DNA of 64,000 bases, taken from contig CM022676.1 in assembly GCA_012295275.1 (NCBI GenBank), positions 9,672,001 to 9,736,000 of the forward strand, in the 5' to 3' direction. The translations under genes were made by a program, and so were the position numbers. The notes under the pieces were generated by a model. It made no database searches and was not told where the DNA came from. It was given only the letters and a program-made list of their open reading frames with translations. Source of the DNA: Chrysomallon squamiferum. Its lineage: Eukaryota; Animalia; Mollusca. This document shows positions 1-13,314 of this stretch, piece after piece; positions within the stretch are counted from its first letter, which is position 1, and each line of letters begins with the position of its first letter.

Positions 1-34
1 GAAGAAGAAGAAAAAAAAGAGTAATAACGTTTAC

Positions 35-98
35 CTTGCGGTTTTTTCTCCTTTTTCTTTTTCATTCCCATTTTTTTCAGAAATTCTTTCCACGGCAT
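35..98 (-). CDS. Probable first coding exon of an unidentified gene continuing off the left edge (MPWKEFLKKMGMKKKKEKKPQ)
   Basis: ATG at 98-96, 21 open codons plus 1 nt, ending at a good donor AAG|GTAAAC at 34. CpG-containing non-repetitive sequence lies upstream (140-340). No family recognised. Confidence 0.4.
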
Positions 99-398
99 AT
101 TAAAGGGTTTTTGTGTAGACTTCGAATGTTTTGTATATCTAGTCTCGCTTTGCCTGTAACTTGCTGTAGCTAACTTCCTAGTTGGGAATACTAGTCAAGG
201 GTTGGTACTGTCGTAATTTGGTTTGTTGTGTGCACTCTCGACGTACTGAATAGAATGGCGACGTAAAGAAGTAGGTCAATTTGTGTGAGAAAATGGCTGT
301 TATGAATGCGTGTTTATTCAACCGTGAGTGCACGGGTATTTGTTGATATATATTTATGTTTGTGTGATTTTGCTTGTATGTGTGTATGTATATGTAGA

Positions 399-529
<131 letters not shown>

Positions 530-966
530 CATATGTGCTTGTGTGTGTGTATTTTTGTCATCAAAATATATATATATATATGTGTGTGTGTGCGTGTATT
601 AGCATTATTACTAGTAGCAGTAGTAGTAGTAGTAGTTGTAGTGAAAGTATTACCCGTTGACGTAGTATAGTAATAGTAGTTATGGCAGTGGTAATATTTA
701 ATAACACTGAGTAGATCAGAGTCAGTTATTTAAATGAAAAAATATGACACCACTTGGTACGATTTTTTCTTCCTTAAGGCATATAAATATTAGCGATTTT
801 AAATTTAAATTACAGCATCTAATTACTCCGCTTTGACAGAAATGTCCTTGAAACAAAATTACGAGCGTTTTATGCATGATCACGTGCTGCACTTACTAAC
901 AAGAGACAACTGGCTGATATATATACGTAATAATTACCAAAAATAAATTATTAACAGTCGAAAAAA

Positions 967-1001
<35 letters not shown>

Positions 1002-1309
1002 CTGTATTCCTATTGTCCAGTTTTGATCACGCGATAGAAATGACAATCACAAAATGTGTGGAATATTTGCCTTTTAATTTATTAAATACATCAGTATACT
1101 TTAAATACAACCATAAGATATATTTAATATTGAGAAATTCGCGACGTGAAAAAAAAAAGAAAATATATATATATCGGTGTTATACACACAGAGATAATTT
1201 GCAAATACACAGTCGTTGTTTCGATTTACGAAATCAAGCCAAATCTTCTTATAACTTCATCAGTTTGTTATTGGATAATAAATTAAAATAAATTATAATA
1301 AATCTATAA

Positions 1310-1310
1310 C

Positions 1311-1369
<59 letters not shown>

Positions 1370-1413
1370 AACAAATACAAATAGAGAACAAGAAAAATAA
1401 TAAATTATAATAA

Positions 1414-1452
<39 letters not shown>

Positions 1453-1483
1453 ATTATTATTATTAATATTATTATTATTATTA
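1310..1483. repeat. (AAT)n/(AAAT)n followed by (ATT)n simple repeats
   Basis: Directly visible. Confidence 0.9.
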
Positions 1484-1484
1484 C

Positions 1485-1720
1485 CTTTCTTGACCCTATA
1501 GAGTATAGACTGGTAGAACTTATCGCTAACAGAAAAGACGCCACAAATGGAGGGGCAGATAACTCTATCAAGGACGCCGATGAGAACGGAACGTTACGAA
1601 GATGGCCGAAGCGAACTGAAAGTAACACGTGGGTAAGGAATTTTGATCGAAAATTATTTCCCATCTTATTTGGTTTTCGATGAAGAATGTTGAATATTTT
1701 ATAAGAGAAACCTGCCCGGC
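1485..1720 (-). promoter_or_regulatory. CpG-containing island; candidate first exon or promoter
   Basis: Complex CpG-rich block between microsatellites. Minus-strand donor AAG|GTAATA at 1484, YY1-like AAGATGGCCG at ~1599-1608, and a plus-strand donor-like GG|GTAAGG at 1633. Confidence 0.35.
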
Positions 1721-1889
1721 TCAGTCAAGGAACTGTTAATTTACTTAATTCTATAATCTTTGCATTTGGCCTGTTTCGACACGTTCCTACACAAAACATA
1801 CACTTCTCAATTTAAAATATATTCGTAATAATTTTAATTACCAGAATCTGGTAACATTTTGTAAGTAAATGATATAGTAACCAGATAAG

Positions 1890-2695
1890 TGTAGTAGTAA
1901 TAATGCTGGTAATGTAGCAGTAGTACTAGTAGTAGCAGTAGCAGTAACAGTATACTAGTAGCAGTGTTATTAGTATAGTACTGCTACTACTACTACCAGT
2001 TGTAGTAATGGTGGTAATACTAATAGCAGAAACAACAGACGTTCAGTAATTAAAGTCGTAATTATTCTAACTGGTGTTGTCATAACGACAACAGATGCTG
2101 TAGTAGTTGTAGTAGCAGCAGAAATAAGAATATCTGCATTAGTAGTTTTATTTGGCGTGTTCCGATTACGTTGTAGCAGTAGTAGTAATAGTAAAAATGT
2201 TTTAGTGTTGTTGCGATTAGTAAAATCTGTGGTTGTTATGGTTACCGGAAATAATAACAGTATGTAGCAGTAGTGGTGAGAGCAGTGGTTGTTGTTGTAG
2301 TAGAAGGAGTGAACATTATGGTTAACAGAAATAACAGCAGGCAATATTAGTAGTGACAGCAGTAGTAAAAATTTTAGTTATGTCTAATAAAACTAATAGT
2401 AGGTACTAGTAAGTATGATGGCAGTATTAGTAGTATAATTAGTAGCAGCAGCAGTTGTAGTAGTAGTAGTAGAAGTAGTAAAATTGTAATTATGGTTAGT
2501 AGAAGTAAAGTAGATACTAGTAGTGGTGACAGTAGTAGTAGCAGTAGTAGTAGTAGTAAAAGAGGAAGTAGTAAAATTGTAATTATGCTTGGTACAAGTA
2601 ACTGCAGATACTACCAATGGTGATGGTTGCAGTAGTAGTAATACAATTATGGTAGTTATTAGCAGAAGTAATAAATAGATAACAGTAGCCATAGT
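1890..2695. repeat. Degenerate (TAG/CAG/TAA)n low-complexity tract
   Basis: AGT/AGC triplet periodicity over ~800 bp. Confidence 0.85.
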
Positions 2696-3238
2696 TTTAG
2701 AAGAAATTACTTATTATTATTTAATTCTTCCTCTAAACTGTGTTCAGTTACAGAACTGGACTGGATCTTAAAAAAATGACTTGAGTGTCCATCTTCTATC
2801 AGTTTGGTCAACTGTTTATTAATGTTCTGCTGCTTATCTGTGAGAACAGACTAAAAATGCCAGCACCCTGTGCAATGACCAAATGACCAGGCAGTGACCA
2901 GATGACCATAAAGTCCAGTGTGTCACTCTTCAATAGTCTTTCAAGTTTTAAAATATTTGACTAAGTGAAGACGCTTACTTCCTATTCGTCAACGTTTTGT
3001 TTTAAAATTAATCCCTGATCATCTAAAAATTCCTCGCAAACTTTATTGCTGCTCTTTTTTTTGGTAATGAATTCAAGTCTTTGAGCTGCTTGCTGAACTG
3101 GAGAAGAGTAAGACTGGACTGTCAAAGAAATTATTGAACCATTTTATAAAATAGATTCTAAGTGAATGTGTTTCATAATGTGTCTTCCCATGAACTGGCA
3201 TGTAAATGAGTTTGTAATAATTTATCTATACATATATG

Positions 3239-3367
<129 letters not shown>

Positions 3368-3487
3368 GTCCTTGTTTGTAAGCAGTATATCTCTCTGCAA
3401 CCTTTGACCTCTGATATTACTGATAAACTCAAATTAACTTTATTCTTTTCTTCAGCTTACGCAGTTGTCTCTCCTGAATGAAACAAG

Positions 3488-6400
3488 ATGGCTGTCAACA
3501 TTTGGGGCATTGTTGCTCTTGCTGGGTTTTATCTGGTCATTTTCTTGGTTGGAGTAATAGCAGCAAGAAAGGTCAAAGGTCAACAGCAAGGCAACATTAA
3601 TGTTTCCTTTGTGGCTGGCAGAGATCTTAGTACAACTGTTGGTATATTTACTATGATTGGTGAGTTTTTGTTTTCTTTGTTGTGATTGGTCAGTCTCATT
3701 TGTTTTCTTTGCTGTGATTGGTCAGTCTCATTTGTTTTTCTTTATCTTTATTGATTAGTGTTTTTTGGGTGTGTTTTTTTTTATTGTTTTATGATTGGCC
3801 TTTTGTTTCTTCTTTGTTATTAATGTCAAGGTTAATTTTTCTTTTGTTGTTTTGAGTTCTTCCTTTGCTGTGACTGTTCTGGGTTTTTTTTTTTGATGTG
3901 ATTTGTTTATTTTTATTTTTTTATTGATTGGCTAGTTTTTATTTCTTTTCTCATTTCTTTATATATTATTATTTTTAATTTTAATTTTATTTTATTTTAT
4001 TTTTTTAATGTATCTGTTGCTGTAAAATAAATAGCATAAAATCACTGTACATAAATTTGTTGTGTTTATCAAGTTGTCACTTCTTTGCTAATAATAAAGT
4101 ATGACAAGCTTAAAAATGACAAGTTTAATACTGTGCAAAGGATACTGGCATTTCTCTTTCTTTTTGGGAATCACATTTCCTTTAAGTATTTCAGACTTAA
4201 ACTTTTTTTGAATTTAGTGCATTTAAAGAATAAAATTATTTTTATTATTTCGCTTCTTTACTAATAATAAAGTATACAAATAAAAAAATATACAAACTTA
4301 GTATTGTGTGAATGACCCTGGCAATTTCTTCTTTTTTTTTTTTTTATGAATCATATTTTGGATATAAATCCTTCAAACTATAATCAAATTATTTTAAATG
4401 TAGGGTCTTAAAAAATTTAAATATTTTTCATTTTATTAATATTTAACAGGTTTGCTTTTCTTGCAGCCACCACCGTGGGAGGAGGTTACATTAATGGAAC
4501 AGCTGAATCCATAGCAACGCAGGGTGTGGCCTGGACTCTGGCTCCATTTGGTATATTTATTGGTCTGTGTTTAGGTTGGTAGAATAAAATGAAAATCTTT
4601 AACCTATGTAATTGTTACCATACATCCTTTAACAGAAGCAAGGGTCTCTGATTTGAAGTGGTCCTAATTATGAATGCTGTTTTTTTTTTTTTTTTTAAAG
4701 GATTTGTGATATTTCAAAACTGAAGGTCATAGTTTCACTAACAAATACAAAACTTAGAGTAAAGGCTTAATAAAAGCATTGCTGTTTACACATTTCTGTT
4801 ATCTTTATGAAAATTATTATTAATTTAGTACATCTTTTTTACAGTTAATAAGTTTTTATACAAGTTTTTTTTTACACAAACACACACATGTATATATACA
4901 TTTATATACATTTATATACATAGACATTTATACACATATAAATATAATGTCATTATCTTTCCAGTTCTATATATGATTGACAGATTCAGTCTGTCTTAAT
5001 TTCATTTATCATGTAACCAAGAAACTTGTTGTTGCATCACAGATGATTTCTGTATCTAATTTCCCCCATTTTTCTGTGCTCTCCACTGCCCTCTGGGGAC
5101 ATGGTGAACTGTTCATTCCCCAGTGATGTCTTCCCATCTTTTTGTCTCTCTGTTTCATCTTCTTCCTCCTTTTACTGAGACTTGCAGGATGATTGTAATG
5201 GATGGGAGACACGTCCCCATACCACTACAGTTTTGTGGTTCTTTACAATAATCAGTACATCTCTGTGTTGTGCAGTTACCTGATAAATGGGAGACACGTC
5301 TATGCCACTGCAGTTTTGTGGTTCTTTACAATAGTCAGGATGTATTTGTTTTATCTATTGCCCGATGAAGGGCAGACATGTCTATACCACTACAGTTTTG
5401 TGGTTCTTTACAATAGTCAGTACATCTCTGTGTTGTGCAGTTACCTGATAAATGGGAGACACGTCTATGCCACTGCAGTTTTGTGGTTCTTTACAATAGT
5501 CAGGATGTTTTATCTATTGCCTGATGAAGGGCAGATATGTCTATACCACTACAGTTTTGTGGTTCTTCACAATAATCAGTACATCTTTGTGTTGTGCAGT
5601 TACCTGATAAATGGGAGACATGTCCATATACACTACAGTTTTGTGGTTCTTTACAATAGTCAGGGCATCTTTGTGTTGTCCAGTTGTCTGCTGGATCTTG
5701 GCAAGGATTTCCACATTAGTAACATGATCTTTGTACAAGATATCAAGTATTTTGTGGTGGTACTTAATTTTCATGTCTTACGTTATTCTTTGCAGCTCTG
5801 TTAGGAGGGTTCATGTTTCACTAAACATTCAGGAATATAATATCTAATAATCTATGTTAGTTACATAGCATAAGACATATTTGTCACCATGACCAAAAAC
5901 AAAATATATCCATAGATACATTTCTGATCATAATAACCAAACGAGCCTTGAAATCATAGTAGGTAAATAAATTACAACTGACTAAATTGGTGTCATACCT
6001 TACGTATTATATAAAAAGGGAATAGATTATTTAACTTTATTTTACCAGGAGGAGTGATCTACGCTCGTCGAATGAGAGAAGGAAGGTACATAACTCTGTT
6101 AGACCCGATTGAGGAGAGGTACGGCAGTCTGTCTGTTGGTCTCGTCTACCTGGCTTCGCTGTGTGGCGACATCTTCTGGACAGCCTCCATACTGTCAGCG
6201 TTAGGTAACCATAGAAACGGGCAGGGTAGCCATAGCGACAAAGTGTAGTAAAAAATAGTGCTGCTGAGTGAGTATCGTATTGTGTGTGTGAATTATTGTC
6301 CCCCCCAAAATTTTTTAAAAATGCATTTGGTAAAAAATGTGGTGATGTAAGTATTGTAACTATGGCAACCTGGCAGTGTTAATAGCTGCTTGTGTGTGAT

Positions 6401-6662
6401 TGAAATTACGTTATGTTTAGTGATTGGTAACAAGTATGGTAACCCTAGCAACCTAAATGGTTATAATGACATGCATGCTGCCTGTACACCATTGGGTAAT
6501 GTGTTGTGAGTGGTATCCATAGTAACATTTGTCCAATGTGATTAATTAATTTAATTAATTTGTAGTATGCTGAGCTGTCTTTATAATTTATTGTACATAT
6601 ACGCACACACATATATATATCTATCTATTTGTATTTATCTATGTATTTACTTATTAAATATA

Positions 6663-6697
<35 letters not shown>

Positions 6698-8485
6698 TGC
6701 ATAGATAGAGAGAGAGAGAGAGAGAGAATCAGAATATGGTAACCATAGTAACATGTTTATATAATCATATTACACAACCTACAGTGTATTAATTACAGAT
6801 GACAAAAACGTTTATGTTATAAATTAAATTTAAAATGTTTCTCTTTGTTTCTGCAGGCACCACAATCAGTGTTATAATTAACCTTGACCTTTACATAGCC
6901 ATCTGTGTGTCAGCCACGGTAACTGTTATCTACACTACGATTGGTCAGATCATTGCTGTGGCATACACAGATATTGCACAACTTGGTTTGATAGTGTTTG
7001 GACTAGTAAGATACTGTTTTATTATTATTATTCTTGTTGCTGTTGTTTTATTATTAATATTATAATTTTAAAATTATTATTATTATTTTCTTTCTTTTTT
7101 TTAGTAATTGTTGTTATTGATGTTGTTGTTTTATTATTATTATTTCTTTATCTTTATATTATTGTTGTTTTTTTATTGTTAATTTGTTATTATTATTATT
7201 ACTATTATTACTATTATTACTGTTATTATTATTATTACTGTTATTATTATGATTACTAGTATCATTATTAGTATTATTATTATTACTATTATTAATGTTA
7301 TTATTATTATTATTTTTATTATTATTATTTCTAGTATTATTATTATCATTGTTGTTATTATTATTGTCATTATTGTTATTATTACTATTACTATTGTTAT
7401 TATTCTTACTATGACTATTATTACTATTATTATTATTACTATTATCATTATTGTTATTGTTGTTGTTATTATTGTTCTTATTATTATTACTATTATTACT
7501 ATTATTATTGTTACTATTACTATGACTATTATTATTATGTAATTTTTGGCAGGACTTTTTATTCTTCTGCAGAATAATAAAAAAAACTGTGTGTCTCTTC
7601 TCTAAAACATAAACTATTTCAATACTGAATTTAATGTTTTACTGACTGACAAAGAGTTGAATATGTAAATACGAACAAACAGTCTAAATAGATTATTTAT
7701 ACTTCCAAGTTGGTATCACCTCATAGCAAAATAAATGATGAATTTAGGCCAGGTTCTTCAACAAACCAAACAAAAGCTTTATCCCGCTCAGGTCAAATAA
7801 CCCAGTGCAGCTCGGCAAAGCCTCACAGAATCAGCAATTCTCACCTTCACTGAATATAACCGATACCTCAAGACAAGTAACCTGTTATTTCGTCTATAAT
7901 TACATGACCTTCTGGTTTCTTCTCAGGTTCTCAGTCTGCCCTTTGTGTTGACCAATGAAAGAATTGGAGACATTTCTTCTACTTCTGGCATTTGGATTGG
8001 ACACGTGGACAAAGAATTTGCTGGACTTTGGATCGATTTGTTTATCGCTATGGTAACCTAAACATTACTATGACTATTTTAACAATGAGTGTGATGATGA
8101 TAATGATGATGATGATGATTATAATGATATTAATGAATTTCTAAAACAGGTAAAAATGTAATAAATGATATATAATTTATATTATGAATGAATTATTTGT
8201 GGCCTTTAGTCGTAAACAATATGTCTGTTTAAAAGTTTGACCTTGACCTTTTCAACATAACTGCTCTTTGTCATAGACGTATTGTGTTTAAAACATTCTA
8301 ATAGAAATAAGAAATTTTAAATCTATTTAGAAACATTTTATTTTTATTTTATAAATTCTTAAGTTAATAAACTGCTGTGGTCTAGCTGTCTGATTTGTGT
8401 ATGTGTATGTGTGTGTGTGTGTGTGTGTGTGCGTGCGTGCATGTGCATGCATTTATATATATATATATAGACATGCATACACATG

Positions 8486-8521
<36 letters not shown>

Positions 8522-8750
8522 GATTTTAAGCTGCATTCATTGATATTCAGTACATTGGTTACATTGGTTACAACAACAAAAAAGATCAAAATGAGTGTAT
8601 ACACACACACACAGATATACATACATACATACAAATGCACACAGACACAAGGATTCTAATCTGTATTCATATTATACACACAGACACACACATACAGTGT
8701 ACATGTGTGTTCCTATGTGTTTGTGCACACCAAAAAAAAAAGGACATACA

Positions 8751-8794
<44 letters not shown>

Positions 8795-9677
8795 GAACTA
8801 AATAAAGTATGTTAGTAAAGTTTAAACGTATTTTTTTAGACTTTTGGTACAATTCCCTGGCAAGCATACTTCCAGAGAGTTTTATCAGTGAAAAGTGGGA
8901 GACAGGCGCAGGTGCTTTCCGTTATAGGTGCCTTTGGAGCCTTGATTCTTGTGATTCCATCATTTCTGATAGGTGCTGCCTCCATTAATGCAGGTAATTT
9001 GTCCTTGACCTTGAATGCAGCCATCTTAGAAAGTAATCATAATGTTGATGTTTAACGCCAAGCAATCAATGAATGAAAATAAATAAATAATAAAAAAATA
9101 CTAAATAAAAAAATCTTGGAATGTAATCGTATCTTGTTAATTAATGACAAGCAAATCTTAAAACAGTTTTTTTTTACCTTACTCAAATTCTGAAATTTAA
9201 AGATGGGTTGTTGTCCATTAACTGAATTTTAAAGACGATGTATCCAAGATTGAAATTTAAAGATGGGGTGTCCACAAACGAAATTTAAAGATGGTGTATC
9301 CTAGATTGAAATATTACTGAAGGATGTTGAAAGAATAATACTTTTAAAATTCTCAGCCATTTATTATTCAGTGTTGTTCTGTTAATTCTTACAATAGAAA
9401 AACAGATGTTAGTAATATTAATCTGTAGTAAGACAGGTTTAATATTTACTTGGCAGTGTGATTTGGACAGTGGCAGTGACTCTATGTCTGTCCCATTCAA
9501 TTACTTATTTATTTATTTAGTATTGTTTTGTTTTTGTTTTTGTTGCTGTAGAGTGGAGAAATTCTAAACCGATTGATACAAGTTTGGTTCTTCCTCTCGT
9601 TTTACATGAGTTCACTCCTCCAGCTGTGGCCATTTTTGGTAAGTTTCATTTTCTACTTCTCTCTCTGTCTCTCTCTG

Positions 9678-9708
<31 letters not shown>

Positions 9709-11561
9709 GTCTCTCTCTCTCCATCTTTTCTTCTTTTATCTTACTTTTTTTTCTTTTTTTCTTTAAAAATATTATTATAAATATATATATTTTTCCAGAT
9801 GGAAACCTTTTTAAACCATTTATTTAGCTAATTCATAATCATCATCATCATCATCAAAGTTATCACCCTTATCATCATCCATCATCCTTAATGTATAACA
9901 TACTATCATCATCATGATCACCATCATGTTGGTTTATTGTGTTCCTACTACTAGAATATAGTTGAGATCAAATTTCTGTTTTTATTAATATTATGACTAC
10001 ATTTTCACGAGGGATCAATTTTAATTTTATTTGAGGTTTGGGGGCATTGTCAGCAGCAGTGATGTCATCAATGGACAGCTCCATTCTTGGCTCGGGAACA
10101 ATGTTTACTCACAACATCTACCACAGCATCATAAGAAAAAAGGTAAAAAACAATAAAATGAAAAAAACAAAAAAACATCCAGAAACAGTTAACTTATTAA
10201 TGGCTATTAAAATATAATTATATTTAAAAAAAAATAAAAAATAAAAATTTATTAATAAATAATAATATTATTTAAAATAAAAACAACACCCCAAAACAGT
10301 TAACTTATTAATGGCTATTAAAATTTAATTATATAAAAAATATATTAAAGATTTCAAAATTTTATAATGAATAATAATATAATTTATAATAAAAACAACA
10401 CCCCAAAACAGTTAACTTATTAATGGCTATTAAAATATAATTATATTTAAAAAAAAAAAAAAAAATTCAAAATTTATAAATGAATAATATAATTTTTAAA
10501 AAAAATTCAAACTTTTATGATCACAACTGTTTGTGAAATGGATTAATAATCATTAATTATGGATTAAAAACATTACAGATTAGGATTTCTAAATCTGAAA
10601 TTTCTAAATCCCAATAAAATTCAAAATCTGAAGAAGAATTCATGACCAGATGTGACATTGGTACAGAGTTTTCCAGTGGTTTAGGGTTCACCATTTTTAG
10701 TTCATAACATTATTTTATATATATATGTGTGTATATATATATAGATACATGTATAAAATGTATTGTATAATAATTTATGTAGTTTATAATTGTTCATGTT
10801 GTTGTTATTATTATTATTATTATTATTATTAATTTTATGAATTTTTCTATTTAATATTATTGTTTATTTATTTATTTACTTATTTATTTATTTATTTATT
10901 TTTAATATTTTTTTAAATTTTATTTATGAAATTATTTGAATTTATTTAATTTCATTCATTCTCGTAACTTGTCTATTACATATTTCCATTTTTTTAGGCC
11001 ACAAATTTCGAACTTCTTATCGTCCAAAGATTCGCAATTGTCGTCCTAGGCCTTCTTTCAACGATTATCTCCCTTCAAGTGCCCATCATCTACGGACTGT
11101 TCATCCTGGCAGCCGACATCGTCTTTGTCATCGTCCTACCACAGCTCACACTCAGTCTTTTCTTCAAACGCACCAACACGTACGGATCAGTCGCGGGATT
11201 TTTTGTCGGGACACTTCTACGAATTGGTGCTGGTGAAGACACTTTCAAATTCCATCCATTTATTTTTTACCCTTTTTATGACCCCGACAAAGGTCAGCTG
11301 TTTCCTTTTCGGACATTTGCGATGTTGTGTTCGTGTGTGACAATCGTATGCATATCTGAACTAGCGAAGTTTCTCTTCGAGAGAGATATTGTCCCGACGA
11401 AGTTCGATGTTCTTCATTTCCGAAAAAGGAAAGAGTCTGTGAAAATTGTGGCCGATGTCGCTGTAGTTGATGATGAAGAAAATGAAGTGGATGTTGAGGC
11501 TGAAGGGCAAAACGTTGTGGCTGATGAAAATTCACAAAGATTCGTGGAAGATCGGATGTGA
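3488..11561 (+). CDS. SLC5A7-like: High-affinity choline transporter (SLC5A7/CHT1)-like sodium:solute symporter, divergent paralog, 9 coding exons, 540 aa
   Basis: Hand-spliced exons 3488-3659, 4467-4574, 6049-6204, 6857-7005, 7927-8052, 8840-8993, 9552-9638, 10036-10142, 10998-11561. All are GT-AG and phase-consistent, giving 1623 nt open. CHT1 motifs: [95 protein letters not shown]. Confidence 0.95.
4990..5840 (-). mobile_element. Degenerate 3' fragment of an RTE-clade non-LTR retrotransposon in SLC5A7-like intron 2
   Basis: Minus-strand translation gives [10 protein letters not shown]..., [52 protein letters not shown] and [13 protein letters not shown]. These match the RTE ORF C-terminus as I recall it (YRKILRISYKDHVTNEEV...IQQAIG...LLTIVK...RWEDNI...SQRAVENREKWRKL). 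Stops and frameshifts are present. Confidence 0.85.
5205..5690. repeat. Minisatellite, ~83 bp unit x6, alternating A/B units (~165 bp dimer)
   Basis: Core CACT(A/G)CAGTTTTGTGGTTCTT recurs at ~5223, 5306, 5388, 5471, 5547 and 5631. Confidence 0.95.
7020..7540. repeat. Degenerate (ATT/ACT/GTT)n tract
   Basis: Triplet repeat in intron 4; source of the spurious poly-Ile ORFs. Confidence 0.9.
10180..10500. repeat. Minisatellite ~112 bp x3
   Basis: AAACAGTTAACTTATTAATGGCTATTAAAAT at ~10183, 10294 and 10406. Confidence 0.9.
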
Positions 11562-12059
11562 AATTGTTGAAAATGTTTTGTGAATATTTCAGATATGAAA
11601 AAATGATAAGTGTGAAAATGTGTGCCTGATTTATCGGTAAAATATCTACAACTCGTGAAAAACTAATCATGTATAGATGAAAAAATATCATGAATAGATG
11701 AAGACATAAACAACATGTGAAAAAATATCAGACGTAATTAAAAGCTTGTCACAAACTGCAGGTTAGTGCTATAAAATGAAAAATGTTTACTGAAGATTTA
11801 CATTTTTTTCTTGGACATTTCAAATGAAAAAAATATAAGTCTTATAAAAATTTAAAATTTATGTCAAATTCATGAACAAGATTTTAAAAAGAACAAAAAA
11901 AGTATCACAAATTGTTGAAATCATTTCATGAAATCCTAAAAATGTGCCATAAATTTTCAGTAAAAATTCAACTTATTTATTAATAAAATTCAGCTTTGAA
12001 ATCACAGACTAAAAAAAGCTTTAAAAACAGTTGATGTGAATGATCATGAAAAGTAGTAT

Positions 12060-12205
12060 ACAAACTGGAAATGTTTCATGAATGAACTTGAATTGGAAAT
12101 GTTTCATGAATGAACTCAAATTGGAAATGTTTCATCAACACAGTGAAGCTGGGAATATTTCATGAATGTACTCAAATTGAAAATATTGAAAGTTTCATGA
12201 ACTCT
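12060..12205. repeat. ~27 bp degenerate tandem repeat x5 downstream of the SLC5A7-like stop
   Basis: TGGAAATGTTTCATGAATGAACT and variants repeated. Confidence 0.8.
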
Positions 12206-12519
12206 TAAGGCTCTCCTTATAAAAAATGAAAATGAGTTTATAAGAACTCAAATGTCACAAAAAATATGGATATGTAAATTTAACTGTAACAGTAATCAAA
12301 AAGGAATAAATATTTATTTCCATAATCATGACAATAAGCATAATTTTTTTTTTATCTCACATAATTATCAATCAATCAGTAGATTATCTTGTTTGCTTTA
12401 CATCCACACACATACACACATATAAAATAATCATGCATAGATACATTATAGACAGATGAATGATTTTATATGTATAAACAAGCACACATGTAATATATAT
12501 ATACATACATACATACATC

Positions 12520-12561
<42 letters not shown>

Positions 12562-12753
12562 TACACCTACATGAATGTATATATAGATGTATAACATACA
12601 CATATATAAAATCATGCATACATACAATACATTAATTTTTTTATGAATGAATATAATTATTAATATATATATATACGCACATACATATATATATATATAA
12701 AACTCATTAAAATATATTCTTTGTAAAATAACAGTTATAATATATATATACAC

Positions 12754-12804
<51 letters not shown>

Positions 12805-12998
12805 CATATCTATATATATATAAAACTCATAATTAAAATGTATTCTTTGTAAAATAACAAACAGTTATAATATATATATACACATATGTATGTATATATG
12901 TATATAATGTAATATATTAAAAATATGTTACATGCAGTAGTAATATATAACTGCAGTAAAAGCTTTTAACAAGACATCGTCATGATGTCAAATATTTT

Positions 12999-13250
12999 TT
13001 ATTTTCTCCAGCTTGGGTCATAGACCAGAGGGAAAAACTGTCCTGCCATTTTCTCTCCCTGGAATAAATAAATAAATAAATAAATAAATATTTGTTTGTT
13101 GTTACTGTTGTTTTTAACTGTGGGCACAATTGTTTGAAAAAGAAATATATTGATCTTACCAAAAACATGAGTATATTTGATTTTATTTCAAAATGGTAAT
13201 AATAAAAAAAAAAATTTTTTTTTTTTTTTTTTTGTGTGTGAAATAATATT

Positions 13251-13314
<64 letters not shown>

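Noticed and set aside
5202-5804. 200-aa repetitive ORF, or a CRISPR-like array
   Set aside because: It is the antisense reading of the RTE-derived minisatellite. The intervening sequences are themselves repeated, there are no cas genes, and the context is eukaryotic.
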